Shown here in pieces: positions 10,808-22,395 of a stretch of 64,000 bases of DNA; positions within the stretch are counted from its first letter, which is position 1; the number at the start of each line of letters is the position of its first letter. Below the pieces are notes generated by a model. The model saw only the letters and a list, made by a program, of their open reading frames with translations, made no database searches and was not told where the DNA came from. Both the position numbers and the translations under genes were made by a program. Source of the stretch: Parasitella parasitica NRRL 2501. Its lineage: Eukaryota > Fungi > Mucoromycota. The stretch lies in the NCBI GenBank assembly GCA_025201805.1, contig MU619317.1, forward strand, positions 1 through 64,000. The letters run 5' to 3'.

Positions 10808-13152
10808 ATGACAGATCTTGCTGCAGAATACCTCGTCCTTTGGGCATCTCAGACTGGCAATGCTGAATGGATCGCTAAGAATATTCATACCGAGGCAGGA
10901 AAGAAAGGCTATAAAGGCGAATGCTTTGTTATGGATGAATTTGATCTGGTATGGTCATGCTTTATTATCTGTGATCCCGCTAACCGACATGTGCTGTTGT
11001 AGGCTCCACTGCAGAAGGCTGGAATTATCATTATGGTTAGTTCCAACACTGGTGATGGTGACTCACCGGATAACTCGCTCAAGTTTTGGAGATTCTTGCG
11101 TCGCAACAAGGACAAGACTTATCTTGCAAATACTCGATTTACTGTTTTGGGTCTAGGCGATAGCAATTATTCCAATTTCAACAACAGTGGCAAAAAATTG
11201 GAAAAGAAATTCAGAGATTTAGGAGCCAAAGTGTTTTACGAAAAGGGCTTGGCTGACGATGCGGAAGGGTAAGTGTCGGCCATGTATTTGTCAGCAAACC
11301 AAACTAAATCTGCGAATAGTTTGGAGAACATTGTTGACCCTTGGATTGAAAAGCTATGGGAAGTCTTACCTACAGTGCTGAAACAAGATGGCAGCGCATC
11401 AATTGAGTCATCCGTAGCCCGCGAAAAAGAATTGGAGAAAGAAATGACAGAATTGACCATCAATCCCGTCGACGTTCCTTATTCAATGAAGAATCGCAAA
11501 AAGGATCTTCCTGAGCTAGTTCAAAAATACACCAACTTGGATAATACGTTAGTCGATAACTATACCATGGACAATAGAAAAGAAATGTTACCAGGAAAGG
11601 TGGCTGATTATACGCAACTACATAACACACTTGTGAACGGCAAAAACAAGATCTTCAAGAGCGGATTTCCTCTGGCAATCAGCTTGGCTGGGCTAGAAGC
11701 AGGTGTTAAATTAACTGGACTGCCACGAGTATCTGTTCCTGTGGCAAACCTTACCAAATTAGGCGGTCAAAAAACGGAAGACATGTCAGGCAAGGTGCCT
11801 GATTTTGTGTCTACACCCGTTCCGATCACTTACGCCCCTGTCACCATGGTGTCTTGTTTAACTGCTCCTGATGCTGTTAAACGCACATTAGAGGTTGAAC
11901 TAGAGATTGGTCAAGATAACCAATTCGAACCTGGAGATGCATTTGGCGTATTGGCTCCTAATGACGAAGAGCTAGTGGAGGCTATTTTGAATAGATTGGG
12001 AGTACCTGAGGAGGAGTTTCATCATCTTTACAAGGTGGGAGGCGAGAATTTGCCAACTCATTTACAAAAAGCAACCTCCACGACACTGATTGAGTTGTTT
12101 CGTTATGCAGTAGATTTGACCAGCCATCCTCGCAAAGCACTCTTTAGAATGCTTGCGGACAGCACGACAGACCCCAAGGAGAAGTTGACATTGATGTATA
12201 TCTGTAGCAAGCAAGGCATCGCCACATTCAACGCTATCCGTGAGGAATCACCTACTTTACTGGATATCCTTGAGACATTTCCCAATTGCCATCCCAGTAT
12301 CGACCGTCTTTTGGATTTGCTACCTGCACACATGCCTCGTTTCTACTCTATCTCAAGTTCTCCTCTCAAACGTCAGGGTAAAATTCGGTTTGCTTTTAAT
12401 GTGGTCGAGTACATTACAGCTGGCAAAGCTCAGCGTAAGGGTGTGGCCACTCCTTGGATTGACAAGATCACCAGCTTGATCCCTAGCCGTTCGACACCTA
12501 TCAATGTTGAGATTGCTGTAACTCAAGATATCAAGGTGCCCATGTATATTCGTCAGAATGCAAATGCTTTTGTCTTACCTCAGGAAACTGAACGTCCATT
12601 AGTACTGATTGGTCCTGGTACTGGTATCGCTCCCTTTATCGGTTTTTTGGAGCATCGTCAAACACAACGCAACATTCGTCTTTCGATGGGTGGCATTGGT
12701 CATCAACCTAGTCAGCAAATCCGTGATTCGTTTGGGCCCATTTACCTCTATTATGGTTTCCGTGAAAAAGCCAAGGACTTTTTGTTTGAAAAAGAGATTC
12801 GTGAGTTTGAGAATGATGGCACCATTTCTCTTTTGAGAATTGCAGAGAGTCGGGCTGCTGATGCACCTAAAGTCTATGTTCAAGATTTGATCAAACAAGA
12901 TTCTGCTAGATTATATGATTTGATTGTGCACAAGGATGCTGCTATATATATCTGTGGTGATGCCAAAGGCATGGCTAAAGACGTCCAAAATTCCTTGGCT
13001 GAAATACTTGAGGAGCATCAAAAGATTGACTTGTTAGAAGCAAACAAGACTTTGGTTAGTTGGATTTCTTCAAAAAAGTATCTTAGGGATTTGGTAAGTT
13101 GCAGCGCCATTTGTGATAAACATCAATTAACGATCAATATTAGTGGGCCTAA
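10808..13152 (+). CDS. MTRR: Methionine synthase reductase (diflavin FMN/FAD/NADPH reductase)
   Basis: ASQTGNAEWIA, SNTGDGDSPDN, GLGDSNY...GLADDAEGLENIVDPWIEKLW (close to the MTRR-type FMN-domain end), PRFYSISS, IGPGTGIAPF, YICGDAKGMAKDV. No N-terminal membrane anchor. Terminal exon 13144-13152 gives YLRDLWA-stop. Confidence 0.8.
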
Positions 13153-13377
13153 GTTCATACGCTGCTCAACGATTTGTGAATAGCTCATTAATACACATTG
13201 TCATTCAACACTTGATTTAGAAAATAAAAAATGTCGACTTTAATACAAAAAACGCACTGGTAGACATCTAGCTTGGTTGACCTTGCCCAGCATTGAACTT
13301 TTTACATGTATTAAACAACGGCATATTATGTATGATCTTTATGCTAGAGCTGATGCTTATTCCTTCAAGTTTATATT

Positions 13378-15173
13378 TTACTGTGTCTTTGTTTTGGGTG
13401 AATCAGCAGCATGAATGAACTGAGTAACTGTAAATTGGCGATAAAGATAATAACCAAACAATAAAGTGAATAACCCGCAACTAATTAGCACATTCAAAAC
13501 TGTATAAATATCTGGCAAACTTGCTGGTGCGTCGATAAATTCCTCTGCAACATGCCAAATAATAAACATAACGTGCACACCCTATAAGGAGCTGTGTAAA
13601 GATCTTGCTCAAATACCATTAAGACACACTTACCAAAGTACCGAGTCTCGCAGCTAAGCATGTAGTGGCACCATATCCTCCTACAAGCCAATTCCACATT
13701 ATGCTGGTGATGTAATACGGTATTACCAGCCCTTCTCTCTTTAATAATGGGAACATACTAAACATGGCTACATTCATAAACATTGTAGTTGCAATGGGTT
13801 CTTCCAAAACGAGCAGCGTAACAGGTAGTAATGGCAACAAGATGGATTTCTCGTGCACCTGGAAAGAAAATAGGAAGAATCCTAGCGACGAATTGATCAT
13901 CGCATAGAGAAATCTTCTCCTGGACGGCGCTAATCCTAAGTGAATGCCAACGGGAATGACCACAGCAAGTGTAGCAAGTAAACTGTTTTCGTCAATCATC
14001 ATAAACATATCCAGACCAAATCTCCTTACCTTAGTTTTACAGCCGATTCTAGAGCCATGATTTGTCGCAATTTGATAACAACATTAATAGCACACCAGAC
14101 ATTGGCAACTTTATCCTCATAAAGGCCACGAGCGACAGGAAAGATGCGTATCAAAACCTGCTTGATATCTTCAACTGAGCTTAGCCAAGGATAGAATAAC
14201 ACACCGAATGTTACTATTACAGAAACGCCTAATTTCACAAACAAGACAACCCCATTTCTCTCGGTAAAGCACCTTCCTAAGAGGAAAGCAAATACGGCGG
14301 GAGCATAATACAAGGCCATCTGCTTGAATCCCAGCGATAAGCAAAAGAAGACGGACCCTGATACAAAACGCTTTGTCATGAAGCAATTGATAGCCCATAA
14401 AGTAAATCCCAACATGACGCTGTTGAATCTACATGGACAAAATCAGTAATTACTTTTTCCTGCTATTCGACAAAGCACATTACTGAAAATGGGCATGATC
14501 AATCATTATCAATGCAGGCTGCATCAAGATCAATACGGCAGCCATGTGCTTTTTGAGGTATCCATTTGATCCATACACGACTTGGCAAAACACAAGTACA
14601 GCCGGCATGTAGATCATGGCCTCAGATACAAACACTGTCGATCTCATGAATAATTTGCTCGACTCTGTCTCGATGCCTCTCGATGTGTCCAAAGCAAACC
14701 ATGACGCGTTTATCTTTGACCCTCTACAATACTCATTAGTTTTGCTTGCCTTAGCATTAAGCCTCTTCGCTTACATGATGCCACATAACCAGCTATGGAA
14801 GGCTGTCAAGGGTGGATAATCCAAACCCCACCACTGCAAGTCATACCTGTACCATTTGGAAGTTGGCAGATTTATTGTGATTTCCATCCAATGTCGCTGT
14901 GCTTCATAATCCCCGTACATTGGAGGTGTATTATAACCTAATGACATAGAAACCCACACGCACACGTAAGAGACCTTTGCTTAGTCTCAAGTTGTAGTAA
15001 TTTTTTTTTATTTTACCAGAATATGGGTTTAGAGCAACCATCCAACGTATCAATGAGGCAAACAAGATTGCTATTAGCGGCACTGTCCATAGTGTTTGGT
15101 TTTGTATAAGTCTCTGGAGAGACCTTTTAACAGGGCTGTTGATAAACAAGGACGGTGTATTATCCTTTATCAT
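13378..15173 (-). CDS. ALG6: Dol-P-Glc:Man9GlcNAc2-PP-Dol alpha-1,3-glucosyltransferase (multi-exon)
   Basis: [82 protein letters not shown]. Confidence 0.95.
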
Positions 15174-15674
15174 GTACTTGTGTATGCAGGTTAAGCAAGA
15201 AAAGCATTTTATCAAGTTTTCATTAAAGGGGTGATATGAAAACTCAGTCTGCGAGACACACTTTGAATGTGACTCTTTCAACATGGAGCATTGTGATCAA
15301 TGTCAAAGATGTTAAACGTTGCATTTTGGTAGCTTACGATATCGTAAGGTTTATGGCATAATCTTGTTACTTTATCTTATTGTCGAAATGATTATGTTTT
15401 GTCTTTAGAATTATTTAATCCTACTGGTTTACTAAAAGCAATGTCAAGTTTTTCTCAAAAGATGTAAAATATCAGATCAACCTAGGTGACCAGATTGTTG
15501 CTAGTAAATTTTATTCAAAAGACAAGTTGATTCTGGACTTATACAAAAGCCAGAGAAAACGCAAGATTTTCCAACACATGGTCAATCAACATGTGTCTGA
15601 TGACAATTCGTTATAAATGAAGACTTTTCGAGAAAGGTATATAATATCTTGTTTTGCTTTCTCAAATCTTCAAG

Positions 15675-16555
15675 ATGAGTGAGCCTAGTACACCTAAAAG
15701 AATATTCTTAATTCGAAACAAAGTAACTGCGTGTAGACTTGAGCGGGTAGAGCAGTTCCTACATTGGAAAAAAAAAGATTTTTGTTTATGGGAATCATTT
15801 TGTACGGCGGATTATATTGTAACAGAGCTAAAAAGCCCCTCTCGTATTATGAGAAACACAGCGCAGGTATAAACAGACAAATATATCTATCACTTAGACA
15901 CATTAATCGACTGAAATACTCATAAATATATCGTAGTCGACATGTCCGGTGATACACATTAATTGGCTTTTTGAAAGGTGACAAATACCGGTATCTAATA
16001 TCTATCGATCATACATCTAACATTCTGTGTATATATTACAGTCTTCGCTCAAGGAAGGTTTTGGAACCAGACAATTATATAATCAATGTGTCAGCTTTCA
16101 GGACGAAAGATGTGTCATCACCATTCAGGCCTTTACCGAAGCAAATGAAATGGAGTCAATTAGCAGACAGACGCAATAAAGCCAATAATACTACACATTT
16201 TACAGCAACTTCAGAGAAGCGCTTACACTACGATCATAAGCGAGATCATGAGAAATCAAAGAAACGGTATGTTTTTATATTTTTCATGTAGTCTTTTTTC
16301 ATTAATTGCCTTCTTAGACATAGGGAAACAAGAAGCAATGAGCTTCAATATATCGAAAGAGAATGCGCCCAAACCAAAAACGAAGGTTATATCAAGCAAG
16401 AAATACATCCCCTTGCTTCTATCAAGTCCGAGGCTCTGGTGAAGGAAGAATCTGAAATAGAAGAGTACTCTTTTTTACGCTTCGCTCTAACCAGAAGCTG
16501 CAGTTCCTCTTCTCTTGATTTTGAACATGAATCATCTTCTTTGACAAAGGTTTGA
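15675..16555 (+). CDS. Small protein with an N-terminal BRCT-like domain and a low-complexity tail (4 exons predicted)
   Basis: GT-AG joining (15866/15937, 15977/16042, about 16266/16318) gives an open frame with ADYIVT...PVIHINWLFESLRSRKVLEPDNYII, the BRCT W-x-x-x-S C-terminal signature. Confidence 0.6.
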
Positions 16556-17252
16556 ACATGATATACACTCGTTTTAGCACCGCTAATGCGTCTTGAAAGT
16601 TATAATTCGTCATTTAAGAATAAAGATATACTCGAGTGTCAATAACTTATTAACACATAAAACAAGAAGTTTTGGTTTCAAATAGGCGCACAGAAGTGAA
16701 CAAGAAGTAGAGTAACTCGTTGTCAAGAAATCATTCTTTACACTTTTGTACAAGTATGAAGAAATCAAGCTGCGGTACAGGTTACTGCGCTTGCTGTGAT
16801 AAGGTCGAAGACCATCATGGAGATTGTTAAAGTCATCTGTGCATGATAACTCAGATTAAGACTACAAAATAGATACTTGATCAGACGAGATGCTCAACCA
16901 AGATCTCAGTTTTTCATATGAAAAGTTGCCTTTTTCTGTATAGTAAATATTGTTTTCATGAAGGAACTTTACATTGTTGAGCACTGCTGAGACACTTGCA
17001 AACACAATCAATTAGGTTTGAGCGAAAAAAAGTATGATTCATCGAGGGAAAAGCTGCTCAAATTGATGCTGGAATCCCGATATCGATAAAGAATTAATTA
17101 GTAGAGTTGCAACAACAAAAAATAGCATTGTAAAAGACAGGATTGCTAAACAAAAAGTACGAAACCCGTTGCTAATCCTGCACTGCGTGCATAAATAAAT
17201 ATGGAGGATGCTGGCGAGGTTATAAATTCTTTTTCTTCTTTGCTTCCTTATC

Positions 17253-19116
17253 ATGTACTTTCTAAACAATATCCTGAACAACATTAGGCCATCTCGCTTT
17301 GAAAAAGACCAGATTATTTTCCCCATTGTTAGTGTAGCTGCGGCGGCTACAATAGTATACTCGTCTTGCAAATTTATTTCGTATAAACAAAGCAAACGGG
17401 GTAAAGAGATTCCTTCGCCAAAATGCGGCTACCCTTATGTTGGCCATATGTGGTCTTTTGGACCGCTGCCTGGAAGAACTGTTAGTAAATGGCATCAAGA
17501 ATTAGGCCCTATCATCAAATTGCAAATGGGTCGTCGCATTTGGATTGTAGTTGATGACCCTGAGCTCGCTCACAAGATTTTTGTCACTCACGGTGCCGAT
17601 ACATCCTATCGAGCTTACGGCACGTACGCAGAAAAATATTTTAGCAACGGGGCCAGGTAAACTTGCTGATACATTGTATACATATATCACTTGAAACCAA
17701 CTGTTGCTTCATTAATACAGAGGAATCGCCTTTTCTCAGCCAGGTGCTCACTGGAATAAAAACCGCTCTGCAGGTATTGGTACATGTAATATATCAACTG
17801 GTTGCAGCCTAATAATGGCATTTATAGCTTTATCTGTGCTTGGACCAAAGCAGATCAAAAACTATATGGAATCTATTACCAAAGAAACCTCTGACCTGGT
17901 CACTCGATTGCTTGAATCAACCGAAAAAAACGGATTTACTGACCCTTACAAGTTCAACGAATTGTGCTTTCTCAACGTAGTTTTTAAAGTTGCTTTTGGA
18001 AGACGATTTGACTCGGTTGATGATTCTGAATTCCTTCAAGTGATTCATATGATCGAAACGAGCATGAAATTTCTATCTTTGGAAAAAGATAAGCCAAATT
18101 TCTTGCCAATTATTTCAATTATTGATTATTTCGCTGGAACAGAGGCCAAAATGAAGCATTTTACAGATACTGTTCGTAATCCTACATTCAAAAGATTCAT
18201 CAAAGAGGCTTTGGAGAATGAGGGACCCAATGTTGTCAAATCTTTACAAGAAGGTGGGTTCGATTTGCCTGAAGAAGACATACTCGTACTGCTGGGTAAG
18301 TGGACAGTTTATATTCAAGGTTTAGAGTTGCTGATTTTGCTGCAGGCGATATCATTACTGGTGGCACCGATACACTATCGGTAACATTTAGCTGGAATTT
18401 AGCAATCATGTGTCATCATCCTGAATTGCAAGAAAGAGTATCTCGTGAAATTGACAAGTTCATTCAAGTTCACGGCACAGTGCCAACCTTTACTGAGCGT
18501 ACAGAGTTGCCAATGTGTATTTCGGTCATAAAAGAATGCATGAGATATAGGCCCACAACCTATTTTGGTCTTCCACATTCTACCAATAAGGACAGTAAGT
18601 GTAGCTTTTGATTGGTATTTTGTCGCATCCTATATCACTCACCGTGTGAGCAACATCTAGTTGAAGTTGATGGATACATACTCCCCAAGGGCTGTACCAT
18701 TATTACAAACATGGACAGTATGCATAAAAATTCCAAGCAATATCCTGTGCGTCCTGAAGAATTCATACCAGAGAGATTCATGAACAACCTCAAAACTATG
18801 CAATCTTTAGCTAATGGAAAAATTGAGCAACGAGACAATTTTAACTTTGGTTGGGGCCGAAGACTCTGTCCAGGAAGTTACTTGGTACGTTAAATTACTC
18901 GCATATACAATACTACAAAACTAAACCTTTTATAAGGCCGAGGTGCAGCTATTTAATGCGTTTGTCCAGGTATTTGCCAAGTGTAAGATCGAACCCATCT
19001 CGCAGGACGAGTATCCAGACATAAAAGGTGCAAGAGAGAATGCAGGTTTGAACATTTTACCTCCTCCATACAGAGTCAGATTCGTCAGGCGCGAAGATGC
19101 GCTTGTCAGTATATAA
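17253..19116 (+). CDS. Cytochrome P450 (multi-exon)
   Basis: N-terminal anchor plus proline-rich hinge, I-helix TGGTDT, ExxR (ECMR), PERF, and heme motif FGWGRRLCPG. Confidence 0.95.
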
Positions 19117-19306
19117 TTTGAATCTTTGTGCACATCAATAAAGCAATAATTATCATAAAGGCGAATCCGCAGCAGATATCAGTCTATTGTGCTATTTATT
19201 TTCAAATATGCCAAGGTATTGGAGATGCTAAATTAAGATGTTACAATAAGGCCAGCTGGTGAATGCGTATATAAAAAGTGCACGCCGTTTCTATATACAA
19301 GTCTAG

Positions 19307-22300
19307 TTACATGTTGAAAGTTTCCTCATACATATTATTTAGCCACCAAAATCTAGCAGAAGGAGGTAGCAAGTTCAATGAAATCGGTGCTTGAGTAGTA
19401 GTAGATGAGGAGGGAACAGGACTTAATGGTATATTATTAGCGCCTTTTAGAACATTTGGCAAGAGATCTTTAGGGATATGGCTTATATCTAACGAGCCAA
19501 TACCACCAGGAAATGTAAACTTGCTTCGTTTGGCTCGAGGCGGTGGTGGGAGTGAAGACAATGCTTGCGGCAGTGGTGAAGGCTGAGGCTGTTCAGCAGG
19601 ATTGTAAGGCGCCAGAGCGTCCTTGTGTTGTTGCTTTTGTTCATCCTCGTCGTCAGAACCAACTTGAAATTCCTTGTTTCTAGCAGCCGTAGATTGATAT
19701 AGCCGTTGCTGAGTGAGGTAGGAATGAGGGGTTTTGTATTTGTTCTCCTCTGTGCGATATTTTTCCAGCGCTATCTGTGTAGAATGGTAAGTAAAGCTTC
19801 GATACATCGGAAATGGTGTGCATTTGATGGTTTCCGTAAGTGTTTGGTTGATGGCAAATCGAGTGCCTGGCGTGGTAATATGTGCCCTGAACAAGATCAA
19901 CTGGCATTGTCCTGCTCGTAGCGAAAATGCAGGGATATCCAGCACATCACCGTACAATTTTGCAGATTTTGCCAACGGTTTTCCATAGCTCGACGAGCCA
20001 ATAAGTGATTTTGCAGCAGTCTCAAGGGCTCTGATGAATTGTGTATTAGAGTCTTCGAGCTCCAATGTCGGGACTGTAGATCCACTTGAATTTGAAGCAG
20101 ACTCAAGGCATGATGTGATGTTGCTACCGAGTGAAGTGCTGTCCACCAATGTCCTAGCAGATCTAAAGCTTTGTTGTACAGACATTGGCAAAAAATCATC
20201 AGCATCATGGATATGATCTTCAGCTACTTTGTTCTCTGAAAAGGGTTGCTTGCTCCTGTTGACACAAGAATCTAAGGTCGATATGTTGGTCAATGATTGT
20301 CCGCTCAAGCTCAAGATGGTATTCTTTTGCTGTCTTGTGAGCGCAGTGGGTTTAGTGCCATCTTCCAACGTAAGTTGTACCATTGGAAAAGTGTATCTCT
20401 TTTCTTTACTCACAATAAAGTAGGGCGCCTGGTTTGAGTTTTCTTGATCTTCTACTATTGCAAAAATGCCGACGAAAACGGCTTTGCAGATTTCGTTGTT
20501 CTTGAGTTCAAGCTGGTGCTTGTTGATAGGTGAGCCATACATGGAATAACTCAATGGTTTTATGGGTGTGTACATGGTTGCTGCTGTATCTGTCATTTGC
20601 TGCATATCACGAAAGTAGTTCAGCATGTATTCAGAAGGCACCTTGAGTTTATCCCCCATTGTTTTAGAGATGAATACAGGCTCTGCAAATCGAAAACCTA
20701 TGGAAAGCAGATTGACTAAATCTTTGTTGGATTCGATCTTTTTGACCAAGAATATGTGGCGATCCTCGGCATTAGAGTCGCGAATAGATAGTCTATTGCT
20801 GGCCGGCGTGGCTTCGTCTGAGGATGGATTGAATATATCGATTACAGTTGCATTTGCAGGAGTAGAGTAGCGCTGTTGTCGTCGTGATGTATCTTTTGAA
20901 TTGCGATTTGTGAGTAACCATGACGCTGTACTACTGCTCCTTCGGAAAATGGGCATCTTGTTTTTTTCTTGTGAAAACATGCCCTTTTTTGAAATCGTAT
21001 TTGTACTCATGACCGAATCGAATAGAAATCCAAGATCTGATAGACGCTGAAATCGCAACTCTTCTACCAGCTCGTGAGCAGCACCTATAAATAAATCACT
21101 GATGGCGTTATAAGCGGCCGTATTAGCTGTAGATTGAGGCTCTTGGGGATGGCTTTCAGTATAGTCTGCTTCGCACTTTGATTTAGACCACTGCATTGTA
21201 GTCTCGAATAATCGAATAAAAAGAGGATGGGCAGAAGTGAAATCCTATCCAAAATAGTCTTAGATGCAAAAGTAATACAGATCATGTTGTTGTTCTCTTA
21301 CATTTTCTGGCATTTCGCTCACTATTTCTTTCATTGGCACTACTCCATCCACTTTAACCAGGATTCTGCCATTTGTATCAAAGAAAATTGTGTCCAAAAT
21401 TAGCCTCTTTTGCGATTTCTTTTGGAAAGGCATTTTGCTATTTTCTATTTTCGCTTTAGCGACAATGGCAAAGAGAATTATACAGCCTGCTACAACAATT
21501 GCCGAGATGATACCTATGAGAGCAGGAGTTGCAAGCACAGGTGTCGGTGGGCCAGTATGAGAGTCTCCTGGGTAATACATGGTTCCCACAAGCGCTGTGT
21601 AATGCATACCTAAATATGGACATATCGTGTAATTTGATATTAGCCAATATTATACACGAATATTATTGAGCTTGCATTCGTACCACATACAGCAACCCCC
21701 ATCAACATTGCGCACCCGAGGCGTTTGTACCATTGGTTCTCCCATTGCTCGCGTAGTTTGAAGAAAATCAAAAGAGCTCCTGTTACAGCACATACTGCGA
21801 TGACTGAAGCTCCAATGACAAATGAAATTTTGTTTTTCATTTGAAAAAAATCAATGGCGATTTGACCTAATTGACCAGGGAAAAAAAATGTCAGCATGTG
21901 TATCAGGAACCTAATTCATCAGTCAGGTACCTAAATAGTGCATAGACACGATGCCAAACTAGTAAAATGTCATTAGATATTGCATATATAGTCCACACAG
22001 AAAGTGTTTACCCCAGCAATAACGCCGCTCGGTATGATTCGAGCAATCTTTGCTTCCTCAGTAATCCCCACAAATGTAAAAGCTAAAAACATGGTAAGAA
22101 TAGCTACAAATAGACTAGCAAAGGTGAATCCGGCCGAGTAGGATAGTTGATAATGATCCCCATTCTCCAAAATGATTGTCAAACTGTTGTTTCCAATAAA
22201 ATGCATCGACCAGATGCCAACACCGCCCATTGAGCATGCTGCTGCAAATAATAAAAACCAATTGTAATGTCCACGCATATGTGTACGTCTTTGCAGTAGT

Positions 22301-22395
22301 TCCAATGTTGTCAATGCTCCCATCACTGCAATCAAATAGCTGACAAAAATAATGCCACCATTGTATGTTTGAAGTGCTTCCAGTTTTTGATCCAT
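19307..22395 (-). CDS. MHYT-domain integral membrane signalling protein with a long cytoplasmic C-terminus (5 exons)
   Basis: VSYLIAVMGALTTLELL start, three repeats WSMHFIG, VSMHYLG (28-nt exon 21931-21958) and MHYTA, then FFDTNGRILV, HPLF and GFRFA motifs that I recall from fungal MHYT proteins. Confidence 0.88.

Noticed and set aside
10808-19116. P450 plus reductase as a biosynthetic cluster
   Set aside because: The reductase looks like MTRR rather than CPR (no membrane anchor), ALG6 lies between them, and there is no backbone enzyme.
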